DNA from: Cycas panzhihuaensis
Lineage: Eukaryota > Plantae > Cycadophyta
DNA length: 64,000 nt
Assembly (NCBI GenBank): GCA_023213395.1
Contig: CM041465.1
Location: 173,607,741 to 173,671,740 of the forward strand
Direction: 5' to 3'
Below the pieces are notes generated by a model. The model had not been told where the DNA came from. It worked only from the letters and a program-made list of their open reading frames with translations, and ran no database searches. A program made the position numbers and the translations under genes. Shown here piece after piece: positions 25,417 through 36,700 of the stretch (its first letter is position 1; every line of letters starts with the position of its first letter).

Positions 25417-25959
25417 ACAAATTGTAAAGGAGATAAATGAACTAATGTAATCATTTACTATGTATTGCAGATATCTTATTTTATTATTTTAGGCATTTAT
25501 TACTATTGCACTAACATCTATAATTCATTTATTTATTATTATTCTTTCAATTATAGGTATTGTGATACTTTATACCATTGTTGTATTTCATTTATTATAA
25601 CTGTACCATTCTCTATTACTATTGTGCAGTCATTTGCCTTAGGTGTATTATTGTTAACTTCCATTATTTTAAATGTTGTTCCTTCCTTAATTTCTACAAT
25701 AAATTCATTATTTTCCTAATGTGTTTTCACTAATTACTGCTATAATCTCTTTATTCCCTGTTGTTTCATTATTATACTATTATTATTTACTAAGATTAAT
25801 TGCCCCAAAACAACAGGACAATATGTAATCCCACTAGAAGGTTGACCCTATAACTAGGGAAGGACCTCTCTGTAATATTGTTTGTCTCTATGATGGTGGG
25901 TCTTTACCCCCAATAGCATTTTAGAGTGTACTAAGATTATGTCTCTATCTGCAATAACT

Positions 25960-26100
25960 AGGGTTGATGGGTTTGCAAACCTAGCCAATTGGGTTCACAA
26001 ACCTAGTTTGAACCCAACTTTGAGTTCAACCATGTTCGACATTGGGTTCGACCAGCTCAAACTTGGGCAAACTAGATTCAATGGGGTTGAATCTTAAGTG
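25960..26100. mobile_element. One end of a hAT-like element related to the MITE at 50937-51422
   Basis: GGTTCACAAACCTAGTTTGAA matches the reverse complement of the MITE right end. GGGTTC/GAACCC subterminal repeats are present. Confidence 0.5.
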
Positions 26101-27149
26101 GAATCTTATTCTTGAGATGCTCGCTTCAACGTCTATTACCAGTCAAGCTCATTCATTTGTTCAACTCGTTCCAAAATCAACGAGACAAAAGAGACCAGTA
26201 GCTGCTCTTAATCTAATGTGTTGCAAGGGATGATACAGAGCTTTAATACCGAGTTGATCTCAAATGATATGGCCCCAATGGAGGTCAGGGAGTTCACATA
26301 CCAACTGATATTGCAGTAGAGAAGGGGATCAACCTCTGTGCTAAAATATTTCAAGGAAATATACAGAGAGTAAGAGATCTATACCAAGCATTCTAAATGT
26401 TGTAGGTATTGTTCCTGTCTAACAATGCCATCTTACGGTGCATTCCTTTGAGCCATTTCATAAAGCATTTTGCCATGGGTGCTATTCCTTTGTGGTGCCA
26501 TTCTACTATAGGCCATTTCTCTGTGCATAGCATTCTGCCAGCATTTTATCAATGTTCTGCTATGTGTTGCATTCCTGTGGTCATTCCTTGGGTGATTCTC
26601 TTTAAGTAGCCTTCTTGTGATTGTTCCTCTAACATTCCTTGATTGTACATGATGTTCTACAAGAGCAAAAGTTTAATGCACTGACCCAAAATGGAGAAAC
26701 TTGGCTCCTGAATGTTGAGTCCTCTTTGTGATATGTTGAAAAGGACTATGTTAGAGCTATTGGAGTTGGCTATTAGCCTTGGAATTGTGACAAACACAGG
26801 TGAGCACATTACAAACACAAGCCATAAGATATGCTTGGAAAAGAAACTAAAAAACATAGAAAATAATCCTTGTATTATAGAATTCCAAATAAGTAAATAT
26901 GCACATGTTTAATTTAGTGCACCCCTCTCCTTTTAAGATGCAAGATTTTTGCATGAGAGTTTAGATGGGTGCATGTTGAGAAAAAATTGACATGTATCTA
27001 TTCATTACAAGCACTATGTAAGTAAAAATCCATTACAAGAAACAAACAAGCATATCTCCTAACTGAAACCATTGCTCTAACTATAATTGTCTAAACCAAC
27101 TAATTCACAGGCCAAGGTATAATAAATAACCTTAACCTCATATTTAACA

Positions 27150-27795
27150 ACGTTAGCATTACAGAAGATTTCTACGTCGTGGATGTCGGTGGTGTAAATA
27201 TTGTGTTGGGCAGTCAATGGCTCAATACACTTGGAACCTTTGAAATGAATATGGATGAACAATTTATACGATTTAAGAAAGAAGGAAGAACCATCACATT
27301 ATCAGGAAAAGGATTGAACAAAACTAAAGTCATACTACGCAAGAATAAGGGTGAAGAAATCGAGAAGCAACCACAAGCATCACAAAAACACAGCCAAGGT
27401 TTTCAAACAGATGAATCTTCCAACACATCCTTGTAACATTCGACTAATTGCTTAATGGACTCTACTGTAACAAATGACAGCATTCGTTTAAAGAACTGCA
27501 ATCGTTCAACTATGTTTCATGGGCGAAACATCTTAAGAGGGAGGAATTGTTATAGACCTCCTTAAAGGAATTAATTAATTGTTGATTAAGTGAAAAGGTG
27601 TCTCCGAAGAGTTGTGACTTATGAGTGAAGGGGCCCATTATACACCTATAAATGAGGCCTCCAATGTATTGTATATCATTCATATCTTATCAATTAAACT
27701 GTTTGGTCTTTTGACTATCAATTTGTTCAGCGATTCTCGTGTGCTCTCTTGTACATTTGGAATTTGTCTTCAGGTTACGAACAGGGTTCGTAACA
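27150..27795 (+). mobile_element. 3' end of a deleted Gypsy element: protease remnant, PPT and a 248-bp LTR (27548-27795)
   Basis: DVGGVNIVLGSQWLNTLG protease tail, then AAGAGGGAGGAAT followed by TG...CA. Confidence 0.7.
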
Positions 27796-29811
27796 GAGTA
27801 TATCTTCTTAAGAATAAATCAGATGGTTTTGCAAGATTTAAAGAATTCAAGGCCGAAGCTAAAAATCTTTCTAATAAAAAGATTAAGATCTTAAGGAGTG
27901 ATACCAGAGGTGAGTATCTCTCTTATGAATTCACCAACTTCTGTAGAAGTCATGGAAACCAACACCAATTTACAACAACATACACTCCACAACAAAATGG
28001 CAAAGCAGAGCCAAAGAAACATACCATTCTTGAAGTGGCACGAGGTATGATAAAGACAAAAGATGTTTTTAAAGGTCTTTAGGAAGAAGTAGTCAATACA
28101 GTTGTTTACTTGTTGAATATAAGTCCTACTAAGACAATTCAAAATGTAACTCCTAAAAAAGCCTGGACTGATCTAAAACCTTTAGTAGCTCATCTTTGTA
28201 TTTTTGGATGAACAACCTATGCATGTGTACCCGATAAAAAGAGGCATAAACTTGATAACAAAAGGGTAAAAACTGTATTCTTGTTGGGTATAGTTTGACA
28301 TCAAAAGCATACAGGCTTTGGAGTCTCACTGAGAAGAAACTTATTCTTAACAGAGATGTCTTGTTTCAAGGAATTGATGAATAAAATGAGGTCATTGTAC
28401 CTATTGTAAGTGATGAAAAACTAAAAGGTAAAGAAATTAGAGTGAATGAGGAAAGTGAAATTGAAATAAGTCATGATGAAGCTTCTACTTCCTCTATTCC
28501 TCCTTTTTCTATTGATCCTTTCTCTTCACAAAAGAAATTACCTAAATGATATTTGCAAACCATTCAAGATTTTAGCATTATGAATTTTGACTCAGGCATA
28601 CAAATTAGGAGCAAAACCAACTTTGCCTTAATGTCAACAATTTTAAGTGTTGATGAACTACAATCATTTCATAAACCAAGGATTTGGCTCAATGGCAAGA
28701 AGCCATGAAAAATGAATGACTCCATCAAAAATGACACTTCGATCATGTTGTGTTACCTCCTAAAAAGAAAGTAATTCGTTCAGAAAGTGTTGTGGAACAA
28801 TACAAAGCTCGACTTGTTGCAAAAAGCTATGCTCAAACAACATGAATTGACTTTGAAGACACCTTCACACCAATAACAAAGATTACTATTAGGATGCCAC
28901 TGTGTCTTTCCACTCACTTCAGTTGCGAACTTCATCAAATGGATGTAAAGAATGATTTTCTGAATGGCATTCTTGATGAGGAGGTCTACATGAGGCAACT
29001 TGAAGGATTTGGTCAAGTGGGTGATGAACAACTTGTTTGCAGATTGAAGAAATCCCTCTATGGGCTTAAATAGGCACCAAGGGCATGGCATTGACGCATT
29101 GATGATCATTTTATCTCTCTTGGATTCACTAGATGTGAATCAAATAATAGCTTGTATGTACTACATAAGGATGATGAAATCCTAATTATAGCTTTGTATG
29201 TTGATGATCTCATCATAATTGGTAGTGACACTAAAAAGATCGATACTCTCAATTGTTTGAAGCTTTTGAGATGATTGATATTGGACTTCTAGATTTCTAT
29301 CTTGGGATGAAAATTTGGTAAAAGAGTGACAACATCTTTATGTGTCAGTAAAAAAATGCACATGATATCTTGAGATGCATTCATATGGAGAAATACAAGA
29401 CGATCGCTACTCCCATGGAAGTTGGTTTTAAATTAACTAAGGAATCTGTTGTTGAAGCTATAGATGAAACTTTGCATAAGCAACTGGTGGGTAGTCTCAT
29501 TTATTTGACTAACACTATGCCTAATCTTAGTTATGTTGTTGGTGTTATATCATGTTGCATGAATGCTCTGTCTAGCACACATTGGAAGACAACAAAGCCC
29601 ATTCTGAGGTATGTTCAAGGAACAATTTAGTTTGCACTCTTGTTTCAAAAACCATTTGAGTTTAGATTATAGGGCTTTACCGACTCAGATTAGGTAAGAG
29701 ATACTGATGTGAGAAAAACAACGTCAGGGTATGCATTTGCACTTAGTTCTAGTTTGATCTCTTAAAGCAATAAGAAACACTCTACAATTTCGTTGTCTTC
29801 CACCAAAGAAG
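27796..29811 (+). mobile_element. Ty1/Copia internal fragment (integrase, RT, start of RNase H), heavily decayed
   Basis: Motifs IKILRSDTRGEY, YTPQQNG, LHQMDVKNDFLNG, LYVDDL and QLVGSLIYL. Confidence 0.9.
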
Positions 29812-30791
29812 GTATTTCCAATAGATGATAGTAATATTCACAGATATTCACAGCAGATATCATACATTTATAGCAGTAAATCCTCATAAAGTATCATTCA
29901 ATAATCATATACAGTATAACATCCATACATTGATAAATAGCAACAGTAAATGGTCATAAATTAATAACAAAACTAGGTACAAAAATCCAATAGTTTGCAA
30001 CCTTCTTTGAGGTGGGAGCGATCCTCCAACAGACACAAGGCCCTAATGGCATGGAGCCATTATACTAACAATAACAAAATTCTCCAAGATTGTTTTACAA
30101 ATGGGGGAGGCTTTTCTATTTATAGCCTTCAAAACCAACCTTTTAATTTTCCCTCCAAAAAACTGGCTTCATAATAAAATAAAATAATTAATTCTTCCTT
30201 TATTCCTCATAAAAACCAACTTTATAATAATAAATTCTTCTATAAAACCAACTTCTTCTTTTATTTTGGGAATGCTACAACACCACTTGTAGCGGGCCCA
30301 ATTCTCAAGCAACAGATAGAGATAGTATTTCCAACAGATGATGGTAATATTCATAGATATTCACAACAATTATCATATATTTATATCAGTAAATCCTCAT
30401 AAAATATCATTCAATAGTCATATATAGTATAACATCCATATATTGATAAATAGCAACAGTAAATGATCATAAATTAATAACAGAACCAGGTACAGAAATC
30501 CAACAGTTTGCAACCCTCTTCAAGACGAGCGATACTCCAACAGGCACAAGGCCCTAATGGCATGAAGCCATTATACCAAGCGTAACAGAATTCTCCAAGA
30601 TTGTTTTACAAAAGAGGGAGGCTTGTCTATTTATAGCCTTCAAAACCAACCTCTTAATTTTCCCTCCAGAAAACCAACTTCATAATAAAATAAAATAATT
30701 AATTCTTCCTTTATTCCTCCTAAAAACTGACTTTATAATAATAAATTCTTCTATAAAAACCAATTTCTTCTTTTATTTCGGGAACACCACA
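29812..30791 (-). repeat. Two head-to-tail LTRs ('H'): 30288-30791 complete and 29812-30279 truncated, 8 bp apart
   Basis: Direct repeats about 90% identical with TG/CA termini. They share GCTATAAATAG and GCCATTAGGGC motifs with the A1 and E LTRs. Confidence 0.88.
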
Positions 30792-33700
30792 TTTGCACTT
30801 TAGTCACCTATCCTCTTCACCTCGATGTTGTCCTTGACACGCGTTCAAGGCTAACCTTACTAACTTGTTGCTACATGTTAGTGCACCCATACACATATTT
30901 TGGAAAGGAAACACTCAACACAAGCATTCTCATACACATTGCACACATGTTTTCTTCGTAATTCATAATCCCAATAAACAATAGCCAAATACAGTGTTTT
31001 ACCATTGGGTATGCTTGTGAGTAGAACATCTCTCATAATAAAGAGAATGACTTATGACTCAATGAATTGGCTCTCATACTAAAACCAAGGTGAGAATACT
31101 TATTTATGCCCTTTTTACAACCTTTTTGACATTACGGTGCAACCATCACATATGACCTTTGACTTTTTCAAAACAAATCATAATTACCCCCTAATAATAA
31201 CACCTTTTCTATATGCCTATACACCTACACAAACACTTCCTGCTGTAGTCGTTGGAGTGGCAAAGAATTGTTTCCTCTTTACTATTCACATTCCGTTCTA
31301 GCCATTCTTGTTCCCTTCAGACTGCCCTTGTTTTGCGGTAGTCCATCGACTATTCCCCAACAGATAAAATGTTGAACTATAAACATTCCAGTCATTATTA
31401 CGGTTGTTCCAACCATTCCACTGTAGGATTTTCACTATTTTGCACTCACTTTTGCCATTCCCTTGGTAAAGTTATTCCTGAAGCTATTCCCAACTACCCA
31501 AAGGGCCCATGTGCTAGTTTCCATGCATACAAAATGCAATGATATGAGCGTGCAAGTTTTCGATGTATTTCGTTTATTGAACTAACCATTATATGAATAC
31601 AAGTAATTAATGTGAATCTTTTTATTATACTTGCAAATATGGGGAAGGAAATAGAATGCTATTATACTTGCAATTTATTTTGGATGCCATGATATATGAA
31701 GGGGAATGTGTGTTTAAATTCATAATAAGCACACCAATGAATCTAAATCTAAAACCCCAAATTGAAAACATGAAACCATGGAATCTACCCAACTATTATG
31801 AAATGTGTGAAATGAATCAATGTACCTTAAGCACTTGGAAATGAAACAAGGTTCATTGTGCACTTGGAAGTCCCAAAGTGCATGGAGTGTTTAGGAGGAG
31901 TAATTCACTAAGTGTGTGTCGCTAAGTGATCTCTTGAAGGTAAGTGACCATGAGATGGGTTACACTCTTATGAAGGAATGGGTATGTGGCCTATGAAATA
32001 ATCAAAGAGTAAAGTGACCAATATATTAATGGTGGCTTGATCTCTCATAGTTAGTGATTCGAAAAGAATGAGTTCACATTAGAGAACCCACACTCACTAG
32101 TATTGGTTAGATGAGTCTTAAGACACCCTTGAGACATTAGTCACTAAATAGATAATTGATTATCCATTAGAAGGTGTTTCTATGGTAACATTAGCCGCAA
32201 GTCACCTTAACGAATTGTCATTTGTGAGATAAATCCTCTGTGTATCAAAAGGGAACTGTCTGTTGATCAAAATATACTTCCATTTGTTGGAAAAAGGGAC
32301 TTGTGTGTTGGGAAATGGCCTTAAATGATTCCAAACAATGGGAGAATAATCGCCATGTGTCAAGATAGCATCCGTGTCTTGGACACCATTCCTATATCTC
32401 GTGTGTGAAAGCACGAACACAAGATGGGCAACAAAGTTAGGATATACTATGGGGCATGGTTCTATACTTGGGCTAGGGGCAATGCATGAGAATGACTCAT
32501 AGTGGATTATGTCATATGGAAACTTATCATTCTATATCTATTCATAAACTCACCCCTCCTTTTTGAAATGATCAACAAGGAAACCAACTTAAACCTATAG
32601 CCATTAAATGCAAATTCGGTCTTTTTAAGAGAGAGATTAAGAAGTTGATTTTTAGAGAGAGAAAAGTAGAGCTATAAATATAGGAGCATTACTCATTTGT
32701 AATCAGTCTTGCAGAATTCATATTTTGATTTGGACTAATGGCCTAGAGCCATTAGGGCACGCTATGCCATTTGGGAGAAAACCCTTACCTTAAAGAGGGC
32801 CATTTTACTATTGATATTTCAACAAATTATTATATTAACTTTTGTTACAAATGTGATAATATTCTGTGATATGCTATTATCCTTGAAATTATTGTGGAAA
32901 TCTATTCTGATGTATGATGAGATGTTAATATCTAAATGCTTTATGTTGTTATGTTATTATTTTTTGTCATCAATGCATGGGTATCACCACAACTAGTATC
33001 AGAGCGAAGAATAAAATCTGCAAATGATCTACTGTCAAATTTGTGACGATGCTTGATGATACAAGTGGAGGGAAATAGAGTGTTATAGATCCAACAAGTA
33101 GAAGCCAAGGGATTTAGGATTGCAGGGTATCAACCCTGTTCTAGCAGAGTCGTAAACTACCAACAAACTTGCATCTAAGAATTGTCTACGATCTAGAAGG
33201 GACTATCAAATTCTAAGCTAATCATCATTGAACCAATGCTTGGCATAAGAGACATTACATCGCATGTGATGCAAAAGATCATCATTTTGAAGATGAGCCT
33301 ATGAGGGGGATTGAGATCCATAGCATAGGTCGATTAGGATGGGTAACCTAGACGTGTTGATTTCTGCATGTAGATGCAACTGGAAGAGGCGTTTGGGTAA
33401 CTGGTTACCTTTTGCGTTTTGTGTTTGAAGCGAAGTTATTATTCAGGAGGATTAGCACACCTAGTCGGGGGGGGGGACATCTTCACTTGTAGTCCATGGG
33501 GGCCTTTGTTAAACCTTATGTTTACATTTTAAGCCTATGTACTTTATTTTTCATGTAATATTTGTACTTTTGTACTTTAGAGGTGACTTTTCACTTAAGT
33601 GATAGAGTGCACACCCACATTCTTTCCTAGTGACACAACATTGTCACTAAAGGGTCAAATGGACCCCCATGCACTTTTGCTCACTTGAGAGCCCAAAAGG

Positions 33701-36700
33701 ACACATGTCCTACATGCAAGGCATATACCTTGGATGCTTGCCACTTGTCAAACATCTAACGCCTTAGGTCTCTCCTTTCACTCTATATATTGAGACCTCT
33801 TCTCATTATTCTCATATAGAGTTGGAGTTGTATTGTTATGCTGCCAGTTTGCTAATCAAATTGTTATTCATTTGGAGGTTGGATCAATTCCAACTCCTCA
33901 TGTTTGGTATCACTTTGCTCTTTGTCTTCATGCTTGATCTTGCTCATGTTTGATCTCATATTTTCATTATTAGTCTAGTTTATCTGCTTTCTAGAACTAA
34001 AGTGAATATAGCTTCTAGATCTCGGGATTCTAAGGCCACTTGGCCATTTCTACATTTCGTATCAGAGCTAGAGGAGACTAGTTCCCTCTGTTCTAATTTT
34101 GTTTTGCTTAAGGGAGACTCAAGGTAGGCTCTACTACTCCTTGGTGACGACCTTCGCTCTCCGAAGGTGATCCAAGGCATGTTTAAGACCTACAAATTGC
34201 AGATCAAGCTTCTTGGAGCAGTGTTAAAGGCTGGAGTATGCACAGTTCACAGATCTAAAAACTTTTTCAGATAACCAGTTGAGGTTTTGAGCTAATCTAC
34301 TCAAGTTTTCTTGTGTTTTTTCACTAAAGCTTGATTTTTTCAGCAAGTTCTTCTTCTAAATCAGAGTGTTGGGGTATTATGTTGGTGTTTAGATCTCACT
34401 GACTGAGATTATTTCAAAGTTCAGACTTCTTGCAGGCTATGGATAAATTCTAGGCCATTTTCAACCCTCAAACCCCACTAAAAATTCAAAATCTTTGGTG
34501 CTGACTTTATTTAGCTTGTCTGGACTGTAAATCAGTCTAATAGTTATTGTCTTAGGCATGTAATTGGCCTGCACCAAAAATCTCTCAGTGTTGGGTGGAT
34601 TCATCACTATTTTTAGTGAATTTTACCTCAAAATTTATTGTTTTTCAATCTTTTTCCTCACAACAGGCTGGTTGTCCACATACTGACCCTACATGCAGCT
34701 GTAGAAGACTTCAATGAAGAGTTTCAATGATTAATACATAGGTTTAAAACCCTTGACAGCTGTACGACTCCAGTTTTCCTTCTCAAGGCCATGCGACCAG
34801 CCAAAAACTCATACCATCAGTTCTCTCTACACAGTGGACGAACTACCGTGAGATTTTAGAGGAAGTTGAATACCACTTGGGCGTCCGTCCTCCTAAATTT
34901 TCAGCTCGAACTGAGCTTTCTGTAAGCAGTATGCACCACCTGAGTCTCCACGGGAGTCGCCCGAGCCGCCAAAGCCACGCCGTGACTCAAAAATTGAAAA
35001 TTTTCAAAATATTTAAGTTTGAACTTTGTAAGACATACTTTATGTTATGTTTTTTAGAATATTCCTTAAAATATTCAACTTTTGATAAAGTTTATAAAAC
35101 CTTAATCACCCTCTTAAATCACTAAAAATCACTTTTTTAGTCAAAATTAATACTTTTTCAAGTGAGTTTTTAGTTGGAGACTACATTAGCTTTACCTTTG
35201 TGACAATAGGAACTAAATCTAGTATTTTTCACATTAGTAATATTTTTTCCTTTCTAAAGCCTTTTTAGTCATTTGGGACTTTTTTGGCTTAAATCTCCTA
35301 AGGAAAAAATCAACCTTTTTTTGGTTTTTGGAGTTTAAAATCTTCATTGTACTTAGTGATTTCATCAAATCACTAAAGCTAAAATAGTTGTTCATGTCTG
35401 GAGATTAAAATTACTTGGTTTAAGTCTTCAATCAAGGCTCCTTGTGTGGTGTTCTTGTTGCTCAAAGTTTCAAAAAAGGTTAAAATTCAGCCTTTGTTCT
35501 TTGGCACTTTTTGCCTTACTTAACACTTATTTCATGTTTGCAAGTGTTGAAGACATTGAAAAGAGTAATTTTTAAAGTGTTGTGACCTTGTTAAAGTGAT
35601 CCTCATCACTATTTCAAAACTTTTCTTAAGGCACCTTGCATGGTGACCTACTTCCCTTAGTCTCAAAAAGGACTTAAGGAGACTTGTTTCTTAATAAAAT
35701 CACTCATTTTTGTTGATTGTTGGGATTATTTTAAAGTCCCAACACTTGGTGCTTGGCATCTTCAGTTTTTGCAAGTGATCTTCCTCTCTCTTTCAAGCAT
35801 TAAAAGGAATCCACTTGCATTTTCAACACAAAGACTTTGGTCTTTCTTCATTGAAGCACTTAGCATCTTCTTCAAACTGCTTACATTTTCACATTGTACT
35901 CAAGCACTTTCTTTTACTTGCATGTGATAGCACTATTTCACACTAAAGTGCTCTTGTAAAACAAGTGTTCATTGTGATGTACTTGGTTGCTTCTCTTTGA
36001 AGCTCTTTATCATTGTAAACAATAAATCAAGCATCAACATCATCCAAATAAAATTTACTCTAAAGTCCACTTCAATCTTCTAAAAGTGAACTTTAAAATC
36101 AAGTAGGAAAGGCCCGAAAAAGGTTCAAACCTTGCCTCTGAAATAACCTTAAGCTTGGTGCATTCCTTAGGGGACCAACTGACCATACAGTCAGTGCATG
36201 ACAATTAAGGTTGCTTGAGGGAAAGGAGGTTCGAAAAGGGTGTTATTGGGACTGTTAATCCCAGGGAAAGCATGATATGTCCATGCAGATCAACCCTACC
36301 TACCTTGTCCTAGATTTAACTTGCCCAACTATTGGATCTCCTCTATTGATCAGGGTTGGAGCAACTCTTTAGCCTAGTCCTCCACCCCTCATCATTCCAT
36401 TCAGTTGTTGGATTTTCTAGTAAGATTAGAGCTATTGGTTTTGTTAAAAGGTGGAACTTAAGCGACAAAAGCTTTGAGTTTCCAAGTTATATGCTAGCTT
36501 CAAGCCTTACAACTTTAACATGGCTACAATTAATATGCTAAATGCATGTACCATCAGATTAACATGACAAGACAACTATCAAGAATGGAAAAGGATCACT
36601 TAAAATCTCTTGATAATGAACAAGTTTTGGGGTTATGTTTCTAGAAGGATACCTCGACCTGTACCTATAGAAAATGATGATGGTGTAATTGTTCATCCTG

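Larger units (their letters stand above)
12741..25852 (+). mobile_element. Old non-autonomous LTR element ('B'): two ~0.9-kb LTR-like repeats around a ~150-bp internal region, each repeat interrupted by a later insertion
   Basis: 12741-13262 plus 19037-19375 aligns with 19528-20024 plus 25422-25852. PBS-like TGGTAT at 19377 and a purine tract before TG at 19528. No clean TSD found. Confidence 0.65.

Noticed and set aside
30792-32600. Further LTR or DNA-transposon pieces, including ATTCC-rich tracts here and at 26400-26660
   Set aside because: The sequence looks repeat-like, but no termini, TSD or coding motif could be supported, so it is left unannotated.
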